From Scyliorhinus canicula (Eukaryota): 64,000 nt of DNA. The stretch lies in the NCBI RefSeq assembly GCF_902713615.1, contig NC_052164.1:6673088-6737087 (forward strand), read 5' to 3'. Below the pieces are notes generated by a model. The model saw nothing but the letters and a program-made list of their open reading frames with translations. It was not told the origin of the DNA and did no database searches. The position numbers and the translations under genes are program-made. The number at the start of each line of letters is the position of its first letter. Within the stretch, counting starts at the first letter, position 1. This document shows positions 24,378-36,678 of this stretch, piece after piece.

Positions 24378-25679
24378 AGATACCGTTTGCATATCATTAG
24401 CGGGCCTGACCAGGTATTCTCTGGAGCCTCTGCAATGCTCCGCCTCCGATGGGCCGCGTTCCCGATGGCGCGGTTCACTTGTGCTTTTAAAAATCGTGAA
24501 ACCGGCGTCATGGCTGCTGAGGGAAAGAGAGGGGGTACGGAAAGTGTCCAAACATCCCATAGTTTACTAACAGTTGTGCCACTGGCCAGGGTGCTTCTGC
24601 CAAGGTCAGGGGCCAAGAGGTGGGCTATGGGGTCAGGGTGGATGGATATGGAACACCATTGCCGCAGCCGGCAAGGCAGCCGTGCACGCCGCTGACTGCC
24701 CACTGTGAACCTAGGGCCACAGGTCGTATAGGTGTCCCCGCAGGCCACCCGTCTAGGTGCCTGGTCGGGACCTACAACCCCCACCATGACCTCCGAACTT
24801 CCCAAACACTTCACAACCACTGTTGTAATGCAGGAAGTGTGACAGCCAATTTTCACACAGCAATGTCAAAATGACCAGATAATCTCAGACATGTTTATAT
24901 TGGCTAGGACACAGGGGATAATGCATCTGTTCTTCTTTGAAAAGTGCCAGGGATATTTTATGTCTGCCTGAGGGAGCAGACAGGATCTCAGTTTAATGTC
25001 TGATTTGAAGGTCAGCAGCTGTGACAGTGCAGCACTCACTCAGAACTGCACTGGAGGTGGCAACCTACATTTTGTTATTTGACTTTTAGAGTGGGATTTG
25101 ATCCAATGACCTACTAACTCAGAGGCGGCGTCTGCTACTCACGATTCTACAGCTGACATGGAATCAGCTAGCTCATTGCAGAGTGGATATTGCATCCTGG
25201 AAGCTCCTGATTACAATGCTTCAGCACAACTTTGTAACTGTAACAATTTCAAAGCATTAAGCACATATTGGAGGTCCAGCTTGGGGCCAGAGAATGGAGA
25301 CCAGGGAAACATCAGGGCAATCAGTCCACTTGACTCTAGTAAAGCTCAGGCACCTTGCGCCAGGCACCCTTTCTTCCTGATTGCACTGACCTCAACCAGG
25401 AAAGAAAAAAATTGACAAATGACTTCCTGCCACGGGCAGCAGAAACATGGGAACACCACCACCTACAAGTTCCCCTCCAAGCCACTGACTTGGAAATATA
25501 TCGCCGTTCCATCACTGTTCTTGCCAGTACATAAGGTCTGCACCCCATCTGCTTCTTGTGGGGAAATTGGTGCTCCCAGAAATAGTAAGAGTGGAATACC
25601 CCGCGATTGTAATCTCCGACCACACTCCGCATTACATGGGTGTGTGGTTGGAGACGCGCTGTGCCCAATTCCACGCATG

Positions 25680-28600
25680 GAGGTTGGACATTGCCCTCTT
25701 GGCTGACAGGGTCTTCTGCCAGAAAATATCACAGGCCATAGGCGAGTACAGCACTAACTACCGGAACAGGGAAGTCTCACCTTCCACATTCTGGGAGGAA
25801 CCGAAAGCTGTGATTAGGGGAGAAATGATCGACTATAAGACACGCAAAGAGGGAAGAGCGGGCGGCAAGCCAACATCTGATTGACCCCATCCTGGAGGTC
25901 GATAGACGGTACTCTGAGGCCCCGACCCGTAGAACATCTGGTGGAGAGGAAAAAGCTACAAATGGACTTTATACTGCTATCCACCAGGAAAGCAGTATAC
26001 CAACTCTGACAGACACGGGATATCTTTTACCAACATTTAGACAAGGCTAGCCGTCTGCTGGCTCACCAGTTAAGAAAGCAGCATCCATAAGATAAATAGC
26101 TCAGGTAAAGAATAACAGAGGCAGACTGGTAGCCAAACCAAAAAAAGATCAATGAAGCATTTGAGACCTTCTATTGGGGACTGTACACCTCCGAACGCCC
26201 TGACGGAGACTCAGCATTGAAACAGTTCCCCGATGGACTAGACATAACAGTCGTGGGGGACAATAGACGGAGGGCACTGGAAGCATGTCTCCTTATCTGA
26301 GAAAGGACATACTGGCACTGGAGGGTGTGCAGAGGAGATTCACTAGGTTAATTCCAGAGCTGAAGGGGTTGGATTATGAGGAGAGGTTGAGTAGACTGGG
26401 ACTGTACTCGTTGGAATTTAGAAGTATGAGGGAGGATCTTATAGAAACATTTAAAATTATGAAAGGAATAGATAGGATAGATGCGGACAGGTTGTTTCCA
26501 CTGGCGGGTGAAAGCAGAACTAGGGGACATAGCCTCAAAATAGGGGGAAGTAGATTTAGGACTGAGTTTAGGAGCATCTTATTCACCCAAAGGGTTGTGA
26601 ATCTATGGAATTCCTTGCCCAGTGAAGCAGTTGAGGCTCCTTCATTAAATGTTTTTAAGGTAAAGATAGATAGTTTTTTGAAGAATAAAGGGATTAAGGG
26701 TTATGGTGTTCAGGCCGGAAAGTGGAGCTGAGTCCACAAAAGATCAGCCATGATCTCATTGAATGGCGGAGCAGGCTCGAGGGGCCAGATGGCCTACTCC
26801 TGCTCCTAGTTCTTATGTTCTTAACTGAGAGAGGTCATGGAGAGCATCAACTATATGCAGACTGGGAAGGCGCTGAGTTCCCAGCGGACTTCTACAAAAC
26901 ATTTGCGACGGCACTGGCCCTGCACGTGCGGGAGATGTTCACAGACTCACTAGCTAGGGGCACCCTGCCTCCAACGTGAACACAGGCCACCATAATCACC
27001 AATACCCAAAAAGGACAAAGACACAACGGAGTGCAGGTCATAAAGACCCATTTTGCTGCTCAATGCGGACATGAAAATACTCGCAAAAGTCCTGGCTAAG
27101 CAGTTGGAGAACTGTGTACCAGAGGTGGTCGCAGAAGACCAGATGGGCTTTGTTAAGGGTAGACAGCTAACGGTGAACATCAGGCGCTTGCTGGACATGA
27201 TAATGACCCCATCCGGGGACAGAACATCTGAGGTGATCGTCTCCCTGGACGCAAAAAAGGCCTTCGACAGAGTCGAGTGGAAATACCTCATCGAGGTACT
27301 AGAGCGGTTTGGACTCAGGACAGGGTTCACCTCGTGGGTGAAACTCCTATACAATGTCTCCAAGGCAAGTGTACGGACCAACGCCACCAGCTCTGAATAC
27401 TTCCAACTCCACATAGGCATTCAGCAGGGATACCCGCTGTCCCCGCTCTTGATCGCTCTGGCAATTGAGCCACTGGCGGTTGCCCTGAGAACGTCAAGAG
27501 GCTGGAAGTGAATCTGAAGAGGGGGTAGAGAGCTCAGAGTCTTGCTCTATGTGGATGACCTGCTCCTCTACATCTCAGACCCGCAAAGGGGCATCAAAGA
27601 AATCATGAAGCTCCGGGGAGACTTTGGAGCCTTCTCGGGCTACAACCCCCACCTGGGCATTGCTCACGACTGGACACAAATCCACTGACTAGTCTGACGG
27701 AGGAAGTAAAAGATGATCTACAGAGATGGGATACATTCCCCCTCTCCCTGGCGGGGTGGGTGCAGACGATCAAGATGAACGTACTGCCCAGGTCCCTCTT
27801 CCTGTTTAGATCCATCCCGATCTACATCCCCAAAGCTTTTTTCCATGCAATAGACAAAATGATTATGGCGTTTGTGTGTGGGGACGAAGAATCCAAGAAT
27901 CCCCAAAACAGAACTACAAAGAAGGAAAAACATGGGAGGCATTGCACTCCCGAATTTAGCACTGGGCAGCCATGGTCGAGAAAGTGAGGGGATGGGTAAA
28001 GAACCCGGACAGGGAATGGGTGAGGATGGAGGAGTCGTCCTGCAGAGGGACAATCCTCTGGGCCCTTTCCACGGCAATGCACTCAGCCCCGCCAGCAAAA
28101 CACCCAGCAAGCCCAGGGGTGGTAGTGATCCTGAGAACTTGGTACCAGATGAGGCAATATTTTGGTCAGACCGAAGTGTCCCTCATGGCCACCATAGGTT
28201 TGCACCAGCCATGCTCGACGCCACATTCAAGAAGTGGTGACAGGGCAGGGGGAATACTGACGGTTAGGGACTTGTACACAGACTAGCGGCTTTAGAGGAG
28301 CTGATGGAGAGACTGGACCTACCAAACAGGAACAAACTCCGACATCTGCAGGTCAAGAACTTTCTCCGCAAGGAGACAACTACATACCCACAAACCCCGA
28401 AAAGCACAATGCCAGAGGAGTTTCTGGACGAGGACAGTCTGGGGAGGGGAAACTGTGGAGACCTGTACGGATGACTTTTAGAAAGAACATAGAACGAACA
28501 GTGCAGAAGGAGGCCATTTGGCCCAGCGAGTCTGCACTGACCCACTTAAGCCCCCACTTCCACCTATCCCCGTAACCCAATAACCCTTCCTAACCTTTTT

Positions 28601-29130
28601 TGGCCACTAAGGGCAATTTATCATGGCCAATCCACCTAACCGACACGTCTTTGGACTGTGGGAGGAAACCGGAGCACCCGGAGGAAACCCACGCAGACAT
28701 GGGGAGAACGTGCAGAATCCGCACCGACAGTGACCCAGCAGGGAATCGAACCTGGGACCCTGGCGCTGTGAAGCCAGAGTGCTATCCACTTGTGCTACCT
28801 GGAAAGGATGCGCTCCCTGCTGGATGAAGCTCGGGAAAAGATAGGAGGAAAAGCTAGGGATGGAAATAGGGTGGGGACTCTGGAGCGAAGCACTGAGCAG
28901 GGCCAACTCCACCTCCTCGTGAGCAAGGCTGAGCCTCATGCAGCTGAAAGTGGTGCACAGAGCGCACTTAACAAGAACCAGAATGAGCAGATGCTTCTCA
29001 GAGGTCGAGGGAAAACCTGAATGGTTCCAGGGAGGCACAGCCAACCACGCCCACATGGTCTGGACCAGCCCCAGACTTGTTACATTCTGGACAGCCTTCT
29101 TCGAGGCAATGTCCAAGGTTGCGGGCTGAG
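25680..29130 (+). mobile_element. L1/Tx1-clade ORF2 remnant interrupted by CR1 and SINE insertions
   Basis: LLNADMKILAKVLA...SLDAKKAFDRVEW...QQGYPLSPLL; LYVDDLLL; IKMNVLPR.LFLF; QLKVVHRAHL. Confidence 0.85.
26284..26823 (+). mobile_element. CR1-clade LINE 3' end nested in L1
   Basis: ORF 26285-26731 SPYLRKDILALEGVQRRFTRLIP...TRGHSLK...FTQRVVNLWNSLP, followed by a 3' UTR ending in TTCTTATG-type repeats. Confidence 0.9.
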
Positions 29131-30254
29131 ATTGTGGCAGTGACACTGCCATGGGACTAGCCCGGGGTGCTGCCTTGCCGGGGTGGGGGGTTCCCAGGGG
29201 TTTCCCCAAGGGTTCAGGGCTGAGGGGGGGTTGATGAACCGGGGAGCGGGCGTGGGGGGTGGGGAAAGATTGGGTCAGCGTTCCAAAATGGCACCCCGAT
29301 CCACGAGGAGCCTTTGCTTCTGCTCGCTGCGGCCTCGACAGAGAGAATCTCCCCGTGGCCAAAAAAAAGGGCAAGGTGCCGTTGAATCTGACGCGGTGAA
29401 ACACCCCACTAAACATGCCATTCTGCAGACTTTAACTCAAGTCCACTGAATCATGGCAGCAATGAGTGGAGAATCCCAGAATCAATCCCAGAATCAATCC
29501 CAGTCACTTCTGGCCGTGTGGTCTCTGGTGCATGGAGTACTTAATCATCTCCATTCCAGCTGAGAACAGTACTGCGACTATATGCAGCCGTATTAAAACA
29601 ATCTTGGTCATGCTATCATACTTATAGACCATTCAAATCAATAGGTAGTATTGTAATGATAAAAGCTGCAAACATCCATTTCTCCAGAAGAGGGTGATAT
29701 TGCCCCAAAAGTGAAAGAATGCTTGTTATTCTTTTCTCCAGAGGTGGCACTGTAACTTCCCTCAATCTGTTTCAATAACCATTTATACCAATAAATTAAG
29801 AAGGCAATGACATAGGAGGTTGATTTGTTATCAAATGCAACTTGCATTTATATAGCACCTTTCAGGACCTCACAACCAAGACACTTTACCGGCAACGAAT
29901 TAGTTTTGAAGTGTAGTCACAGCAGCTAATTTGCGCATAGCAAGATTCCACTCAATGTACTCCCTCAATACTGCACTATTGGCCCAGATTTTGTGCTCAA
30001 GTCACAAAGTGAACTACACGATTCTGAGTTAGAGGTGAATGTGCTGTTATTAAAATGTACTGTTATTAAATGCCTTATATCTGGTGCAAATTTCCTTTAC
30101 TTCTGTAAATATGGTGTTTTCAGACGTGACAGCTGCTATATTCTCCGTCCGTGTATCCGAACAGGCGCCGGAATGTGGCAACTAGGGTATTTTCACAGTA
30201 ACTTCATTGCAGTGTTAATGTAAGCCTACTTGTGACAATAAAGATTATTTATAG

Positions 30255-31195
30255 AGGAACGAAGGAGAGAGTAGGGCTCCTGAGAGGAAGCGAGTTTAGA
30301 TATTTACAGGTAAGGGATTTTGCACGGAAGGTCTTCTAGAAAGAGTTCCCCAAGCTGCCGAAGGATGCCTTACGGGAGTGGCTGCTGCTCCCGGACGTGG
30401 ACGGGAAGGGCAGGATCAGAGATATATATGGATGGCTGGGAGAACAGGGGGGTGAGCAGGTGGTGAAGAATAAGGTGAAGTGGGAGGGGGAGCTGGAAGG
30501 GGAGATAAATTGGGGAGTATGGAGTGTCGCGCTACGTAGGGTCAACACGACCTCTTTGTGCACAAGAATGAGCCTAATACAGTTCAAGGTGGTACACAGG
30601 GTGCATATGACTCGGGCGAGAACGAGTGGGTCCTTCCAGGGAGTGGCAGACAGGTGCAGGAAGTGTGGGTGGGGGCCAGTGAATCACGCACATATGTTCT
30701 GGGGCTGTGAGGCACTCGAGAGATTCTGGGCGGGAGTGTTACCGACACTAACAAAGATTGTGGGGGAAGAGGTCAGGCTGGACCCGATGGTGGCGAGATT
30801 TGGGATCGCAGAGAAGTGGAGCTGATGGAGGGGAGGAATGCCGATGCCGTGGTCTTCGCCTCTCGGGTTGCCCGGCGAAGCATCTTGTTGGAATGTGGGT
30901 CGGCTTTACCGCCAGGGGTGGCTGCCCGCCTGGGAGACTTCTCTGACTCTCTCCGTCTGGAAAAGATTAAATATGAACTGAGAGGTTCAGCGGAGGGCTT
31001 TGAGGCAAGGCGGGGGCTGTATGTGGCCATGTTTGAGGAGCTGTTCGTTGTTGGGGAGGGGGGGGGTGGGATGAGAGGGAGAGAAGAGAAAGGGGGGAGG
31101 GGGGTGTGGGGTGATTGTGTGATAGGGAACATGTCCCCCGGCTTGTTCATGTTTTAACTGTTTGAATAATTTTGGAATAAAATACATTTTTTTTA
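30255..31195 (+). mobile_element. L1/Tx1-clade LINE 3' fragment
   Basis: IQFKVVHRVHMT...C..C...NHAHMFWGC; RLEKIKYELRG; AATAAA tail. Confidence 0.8.
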
Positions 31196-31351
31196 AAAAT
31201 CTGTCGAAAACTGTTTATAAAATTCTACAGGAAAGCCATCTGCTGCCTTTCCCAACTGCATCTATCCAACACGCTCCATTATCTCCTGCAACCCCAAATC
31301 CTGCCCCTTTTCTCTGTCTCCCTCTGGGAACACCAACCCGTCTAAAAATTG

Positions 31352-31605
31352 TCCTGTCTCCGCGACCTCCCCCAGGGCTCAGATCTGTCCTGTCTCCGCT
31401 TCCTTCCCCCGCGGCTCAGATCTGTCCCGTCTCTGCGACCTCCCCCGGGGCTCAGATCTGTCCCGTCTCCGCTTCCTCCCCCGCGGCTCAGATCTGTCCC
31501 GTCTCCGCGACCTCCCCCGGGGCTCAGATCTGTCCCGTCTCCGCGACCTCCCCCGGGGCTCAGATCTGTCCCGTCTCCGCGACATCCCCCGGGGCTCAGA
31601 TCTAT
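31352..31605. repeat. 36-bp GC-rich minisatellite, about 7 copies
   Basis: Unit GCTCAGATCTGTCCCGTCTCCGCGACCTCCCCCGGG with variants. Confidence 0.9.
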
Positions 31606-32026
31606 ACAGCCCCCGATAGAAGGCGTCAAAAGTCTCATTAATTTGTTCTGGCATCATCACCAACCCTCCTCCCTCACCTGCACAAGCTCCTGTGTGGCTG
31701 CCTGCTGCCCCAACTGATGGGCTAGCAGCCAACTAGCCTTCTCCCCATATTCATAAATTAAGAAGGCAATGAAATAGGATTCTCCAGGTCATGTACCTCC
31801 ACCCTCAGCATCTTGCAGACCTCTCCCAACATTGCCATCTCTGTCTCCAACAACACGACCCAATCACTGTGGCCCAACACCGCCCTTTCCACCTCTCGGA
31901 TCGTCGCACCTTGCGACTCCAGATGCTTCACCACCCATTCAAAAGTCCCATGAAGAGGGGCTACTGCCCCCACAATTACCCTGGGCCAGTCCACATGCAT
32001 CTCTTTTCGATGATGCTGAAACTCTC

Positions 32027-34847
32027 TGTGGTAAACGTATTGCAGTAACCATTCACCATATATGTAACGGTACCACGCTGTTGCCCATGAGGGCTCCACC
32101 TATGGACCATTGTAAGGTATTACCTGTGATGTATCATGTTGGTGCCTTTGTGGGCTCCGCCCCAGGCTCCTCCCCTTGAGGGGATGTATAAAGAGCAGTA
32201 ACCCTGTGGGCGGCTCTCATTAGCAGAGCAGTCGCAGGCAGGCACTGTTCTAGTCGATTAAAGCCACAGTTTACATCTACTCTCTGTTTCGCGTGAATTG
32301 ATGATCGCATCAATTTAATCAGCTACAACACCACTATGGAATCTGCCCTCAAACCTGGCCAACTGGAACTCGACCCACAGGCCGCGGAGGCCAAAGGGAT
32401 TTTTTCGCACTGGCTCCGCTGTTTCGAGGCCGACCTTGCCGCCTCCTCTTCGCCTTCTGTCTCCGACGATCAGAACCTGAGCCTCCTCCATCCCGGGTGA
32501 GCCATCGAATCTCTGTACAACTCGAGGAAGCCTCCACTTACGCAGACGCCCTCGCGATGCTGAAGCGCCTTTACGTAAGACCAATGAATGAGGTGTACGT
32601 GCGGCATCTCCTCACTACTCGCCGCCAACGCCCCGGGGAATCGCTGGAAGAGTACCTACGCGACCTCAAAGTCCTTGCGCAAAATTGCAACTATCAGGCC
32701 GTTACAGCCACTCAACATATGGACCTCGCAAGTCCGGTACGCCTATGTGGCTGGGGTCAGGTCCAACTACGTGAGACAGTGGCTATTCGAGAAGGCTGCC
32801 CTGGACCTGGAAGAGACGGTAAAGCTAGCCTCCTCCCCAGAAGTAGCGTTCCAAAGCCTCAACGCGTTCCCGAATGATCACGCGACCCCCTCGTGGACCC
32901 CCGACCAAAGAGTATCCCAGGCCTGTGCCGCGTGGCTGACCGCCCAACACGGGGGTGACCCTGCTATTTCTGCGGCGAGCATCAGCACCCCAGACAGTGC
33001 TGCCCGGCCCAGAACGCGAACTGCAGCGACTGCGGAAAGAAAGGACATTTTGTTAAGGTTTGCCTAGCAAGGTCCAAACCCTCAAAATCGCAGGCCAGAC
33101 CCACAGGCCCGCAGATCCCGCAGTGTAGCAGCTTGCCTGCCGGCTCTGCCCCGGACGCGTCATCGGCCTCGTGTTATCCATGGGGGCAGACATCTCCAAG
33201 CCCGTACAACATGTGCGACTCACGGGGGCCGCCATCTTGGCCATCCTCGCCCACACGGCCTGCCACGTGCGAATCATGGGGGCAGCCATCTTGGCCGCCA
33301 TCTGCAACGCCGCCCGACACGTGCGACCGATGGTGGCAGCCAAGCACCTCCGACCACGCCGACTACCCGCAACTCATCGCGGTCACCTTGGACCGGTCAC
33401 GACCCAAACACCTCCGGAGCTCCATGATGACCGTCCGGGTAAATGGACACGAAACACCTTGCCTGTTCGACTCCGGGAGCACGGTGAGCTTTATTCATCC
33501 AGACATGGTAAGACGCTGCTCGCTCCCAATCTTCCCGGCGCACCAAACCATCTCCCTCGCTTCTGGGTCGCACTCGGTGTAGATCTGGGGGTGCACTACC
33601 GCAACCCTAGCAATGCAGGCCGCTGAGTACGCCGATTTCAAGCTATATGTACTCCCTGACCTCTGCGCTCCTCTCCTGTTGGGACTGGATTTCCAGTGTA
33701 ACCTCAAGAGCCTAACTCTGAAATTTTGCGGGCCGCTACCCCCACTCACTGTATGTAGCCTCACGACTCTAAAAGTCGACCCTCCCCCGCTCTTTGCAAA
33801 TCTCACCGCCGACTGTAAGCCAGTCGCCACCAGAAACAGGCGGTATAGCCTCCAGGACAGGACTTTTATCAGGTCTGAGGTCCAGTGATTCTTGTGGGAG
33901 GGGATTATCGAGGCCAGCAACAGCCCCTGGAGAGCTCAGGTGGTGGTCGTCAGGACCGGGGAAAAGAACCGGATGGTTGTAGATTACAGCCAGACCATAA
34001 ACCGGTACACGCACCTCGATGTGTACCCCCTTCCCTGGATCGCAGACATGGTTAATCAGATCGCACACTACCGGGTGTTCTCCACGGTGGATCTGAAGTC
34101 TGCATACCACCAGCTCCCAATCCACCCGGAGGACCGCCACTACACGGCCTTTGAGGCAGACGGCAGCCTCTTCCACTTCCTCCGGGTCCCCTTCGGCGTC
34201 ACAAACGGGTTCTCGGTCTTTCAAAGCACCATGGACCGAATGGTGGACCAGTACGGGCCGCAGGCCACATTTCCGTACTTGTACAACGTCACCATCTGCG
34301 GCCATGATCAGCAGGACCACAATGCCAACCTCCAGAGATTTCCCCAAACTGCCCAAACCCTTAACCTCACTTACAACAAGGAGAAATGCGTTTTCCGCAC
34401 AACCAGACTAGACATCCTCGGCTATGTCGTGGAAAACGGGTTCTCGGACCCGACCCCGACTGTATGCGCCCCCTCCTGCAACACCCCCTTCCCCACTGCC
34501 CCAAGGCCCTGAAAAGGTGCCTCGGGTCCTTTTCCTATTACACCCAGTGGGTCCCCAACTATCTGTGGTAAACATATTGCAGTAACCATTCACCATATAT
34601 GTAACGGTACCATGCTGTTGCCCATGAGGGCTCCACCTATGGACCATTGTAAGGTATTACCTGTGATGTATCATGTTGGTGCCTTTGTGGGCTCCGCCCC
34701 AGGCTCCTCCCCTTGAGGGGAGGTATAAAGAGCAGTAGCCCTGTGGGAGCCTCTCAGTAGCAGAGCAGTCGCAGGCAGGCACTGTTCTAGTCGATTAAAG
34801 CCACAGTTTACATCTATTCTGTTTCGCATGAATTGATGGTCGCATCA
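32027..34847 (+). mobile_element. Second Gypsy (Mag-like) element, related family, internally deleted (no RNase H, integrase or PPT)
   Basis: LTRs 32027-32312 and 34564-34847; TSD CTCTC on both sides; degraded gag from ATG 32336 (MESALKPGQLELDP), protease LFDSGS, and RT highly similar to element 1 although the LTR sequence differs. Confidence 0.95.
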
Positions 34848-34867
34848 CTCTCCCTTGATAAAATCTA

Positions 34868-35043
34868 ACAGGTTTGTTTTGAATCACTAGCTTACGGAGC
34901 GCAGCTCCTTCCTTAGGATTCACCTGAGGAAGGAGCTGCGCTCCGAAAGCTAGTGATTCTAAACAAACCTGTTGGACTTTAACCTGGTGTTGTCAGACTT
35001 CTAACTGTACCCACCCCAGTCCAACGCCGGCATCTCCAGATCA
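34868..35043 (+). mobile_element. Penelope-type pseudo-LTR insertion with inverted 5' part
   Basis: 13-bp TSD TTGATAAAATCTA (34855-34867, 35044-35056); CTGAGGA-A-GGAGC-tgc-GCTCC-GAAAGCTA; same family as 3453-3648. Confidence 0.8.
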
Positions 35044-35488
35044 TTGATAAAATCTATCAACTGCTCCACAGGCAGTGGGCTAGATGATGACAATGCATCC
35101 AACTCCGCCATTTGTTCAATTGCTGCACCACATGGAGCCTCCACCTCTTGAGCCAAGATTTTATTTGACTTTTGCCGGGTGTTGTCGCCTACCGACATAC
35201 CACTTTGGAGAGAAACTAACTCCCTCCACTCATTCTGCACTTTTCACAAACAAAGTGCCCATTAAAGGGGCAGAAAATGCCAAAACCGAAGCCTCCAAGC
35301 AGGAGCCACCATGTACGACCGATCAGCTCATAGCCGCCACTGAAGCCAACTCAAACTGAGTTAATGATTCCATGGTTGCTGCTGGCTGGCAGCAATCCAG
35401 AGCTTCTCCAGAATATAAGCCAAAACAGTCAGTGTCACAGGGTATTTGACCTTGGCACGGGAGTCAGAGCCAATTCCGGTATTCTCAC

Positions 35489-35577
35489 CTTGTATTCATG
35501 TACAAGGGAGATGAAGAGAAACAAATGCGTAAAACGGGGAACTGAAATGGAAACAGAAGGATCCGGAATCGCACAAC
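35489..35577 (-). other. Candidate 5' exon (UTR or start, ATG AAT ACA AG) of the minus-strand gene
   Basis: ggacag| acceptor and strong AAG|gtgaga donor in non-repetitive sequence about 5 kb from the CpG island. Confidence 0.3.
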
Positions 35578-35974
35578 CTGTCCATCAATAACTCGAAAGC
35601 AAAAGATGAGTTGGCAACATCATAGAGTTTACAGCACAGATGGAGGCTATTTGGCTGATTGCAGCTTTGCTGGTTAATGTTCAGGAATGGATTCGTTGTC
35701 ACAACTCATCTGAACTCGGATCTTTTCCAGCAAATTCCTTTGCCTAGTGATTACGGCTGGAAATATCGATGATTTTCATTTCATTTCCAAGACCAAAACA
35801 CTGAAGCCAATTGTTATAAATAAAAGTTACAACATTTGTCCCAACCAGTCTGTGGTAGCATTTGCATTACATGTGAACAAATGGTACTAATTAAATTTCC
35901 TGGCTTTGTTGCTATATTTCTTTATCTTCTTTTGCTTCATCCAACTATCCAATCTAATTGTGAACGTTGACAGT

Positions 35975-36678
35975 GGGCTCGATCTTCCAGCCACGCTGCC
36001 CCGGAAAAGCATCTCGCTGCGGCGCAATGTGGCCGGGGAAAGCCAGGAGACCCTGCTCCCGGGACCCACCCCGCTCGCAACGCCTCCCGAGATTCAACGC
36101 ATTCTCGCTCGACGTTGCAAGGAGCATCCAGCCCACAATGAGAGGGATCACTTTTTTGGCAAATCTGCACATTAGAGCGAGGCAGCTAGTCTTACTCTAA
36201 TGTGCAGATTTCCAAGGTACCAGAGGCTTTGGGATTCGATTCCTTTGCCGCGTGGACCTCGGGCAAGCGGTGTTTGGTGCTGGTCTCCACAAATGGGGAG
36301 CAGATAGAACAGCACACGTGGGGAACCCAGGCTCCCAGCTGCAAGCCCTTTAGACAGGCACTGCCTGGGTACCCTGGCCTGGTGCTTTCAGGCTAGGGGG
36401 AGGTTGGGGATTTTATTTGTGGGCCTCGGAGATCGAGATGCCATTTAAAAATGGTGCCCGATCTCTCGCTACAACGGGCAGTTGTGGTGAGCAGGGCTCC
36501 CTGTTGTAAACAAATGTGTCTGTCTGTGGCCTTGGCTGCATGTTTCCTGTTTAGGCTCCTTATTCAACAGGAGTAACGTTGAATAGCCATGTGTTTCTCA
36601 GTCACTGCGAGTGCCGGAAACACGCGGCTGAATGCGCTTGCTAGGGAACTTTCTTCCCTGTTGGGAAGATTGCCCCCA
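35975..36678. mobile_element. GC-rich non-coding MITE-like repeat; related to 12330-12985, with similar inserts near 1520-1740, 17048-17480, 21540-22160, 24240-24780, 29130-29480
   Basis: Imperfect terminal inverted repeats (GGGCTCGATCTTCC...GGAAGATTGCCCC); internal similarity to 12480-12910 in inverted orientation; no ORF. Confidence 0.5.

Larger units (their letters stand above)
31260..35340 (-). mobile_element. Old L1 remnant that hosts Gypsy element 2, a Penelope insert and a minisatellite
   Basis: Minus-strand INETFDAFYRGLYRSEP and ORF1-like text at 31770-32026 continuing at 35057-35340. Confidence 0.55.

Noticed and set aside
31162-31732. Repeat-protein ORFs or a CRISPR-like array
   Set aside because: Head-to-tail 36-bp minisatellite without unique spacers; frames stay open only because the unit length is a multiple of 3 and GC-rich.
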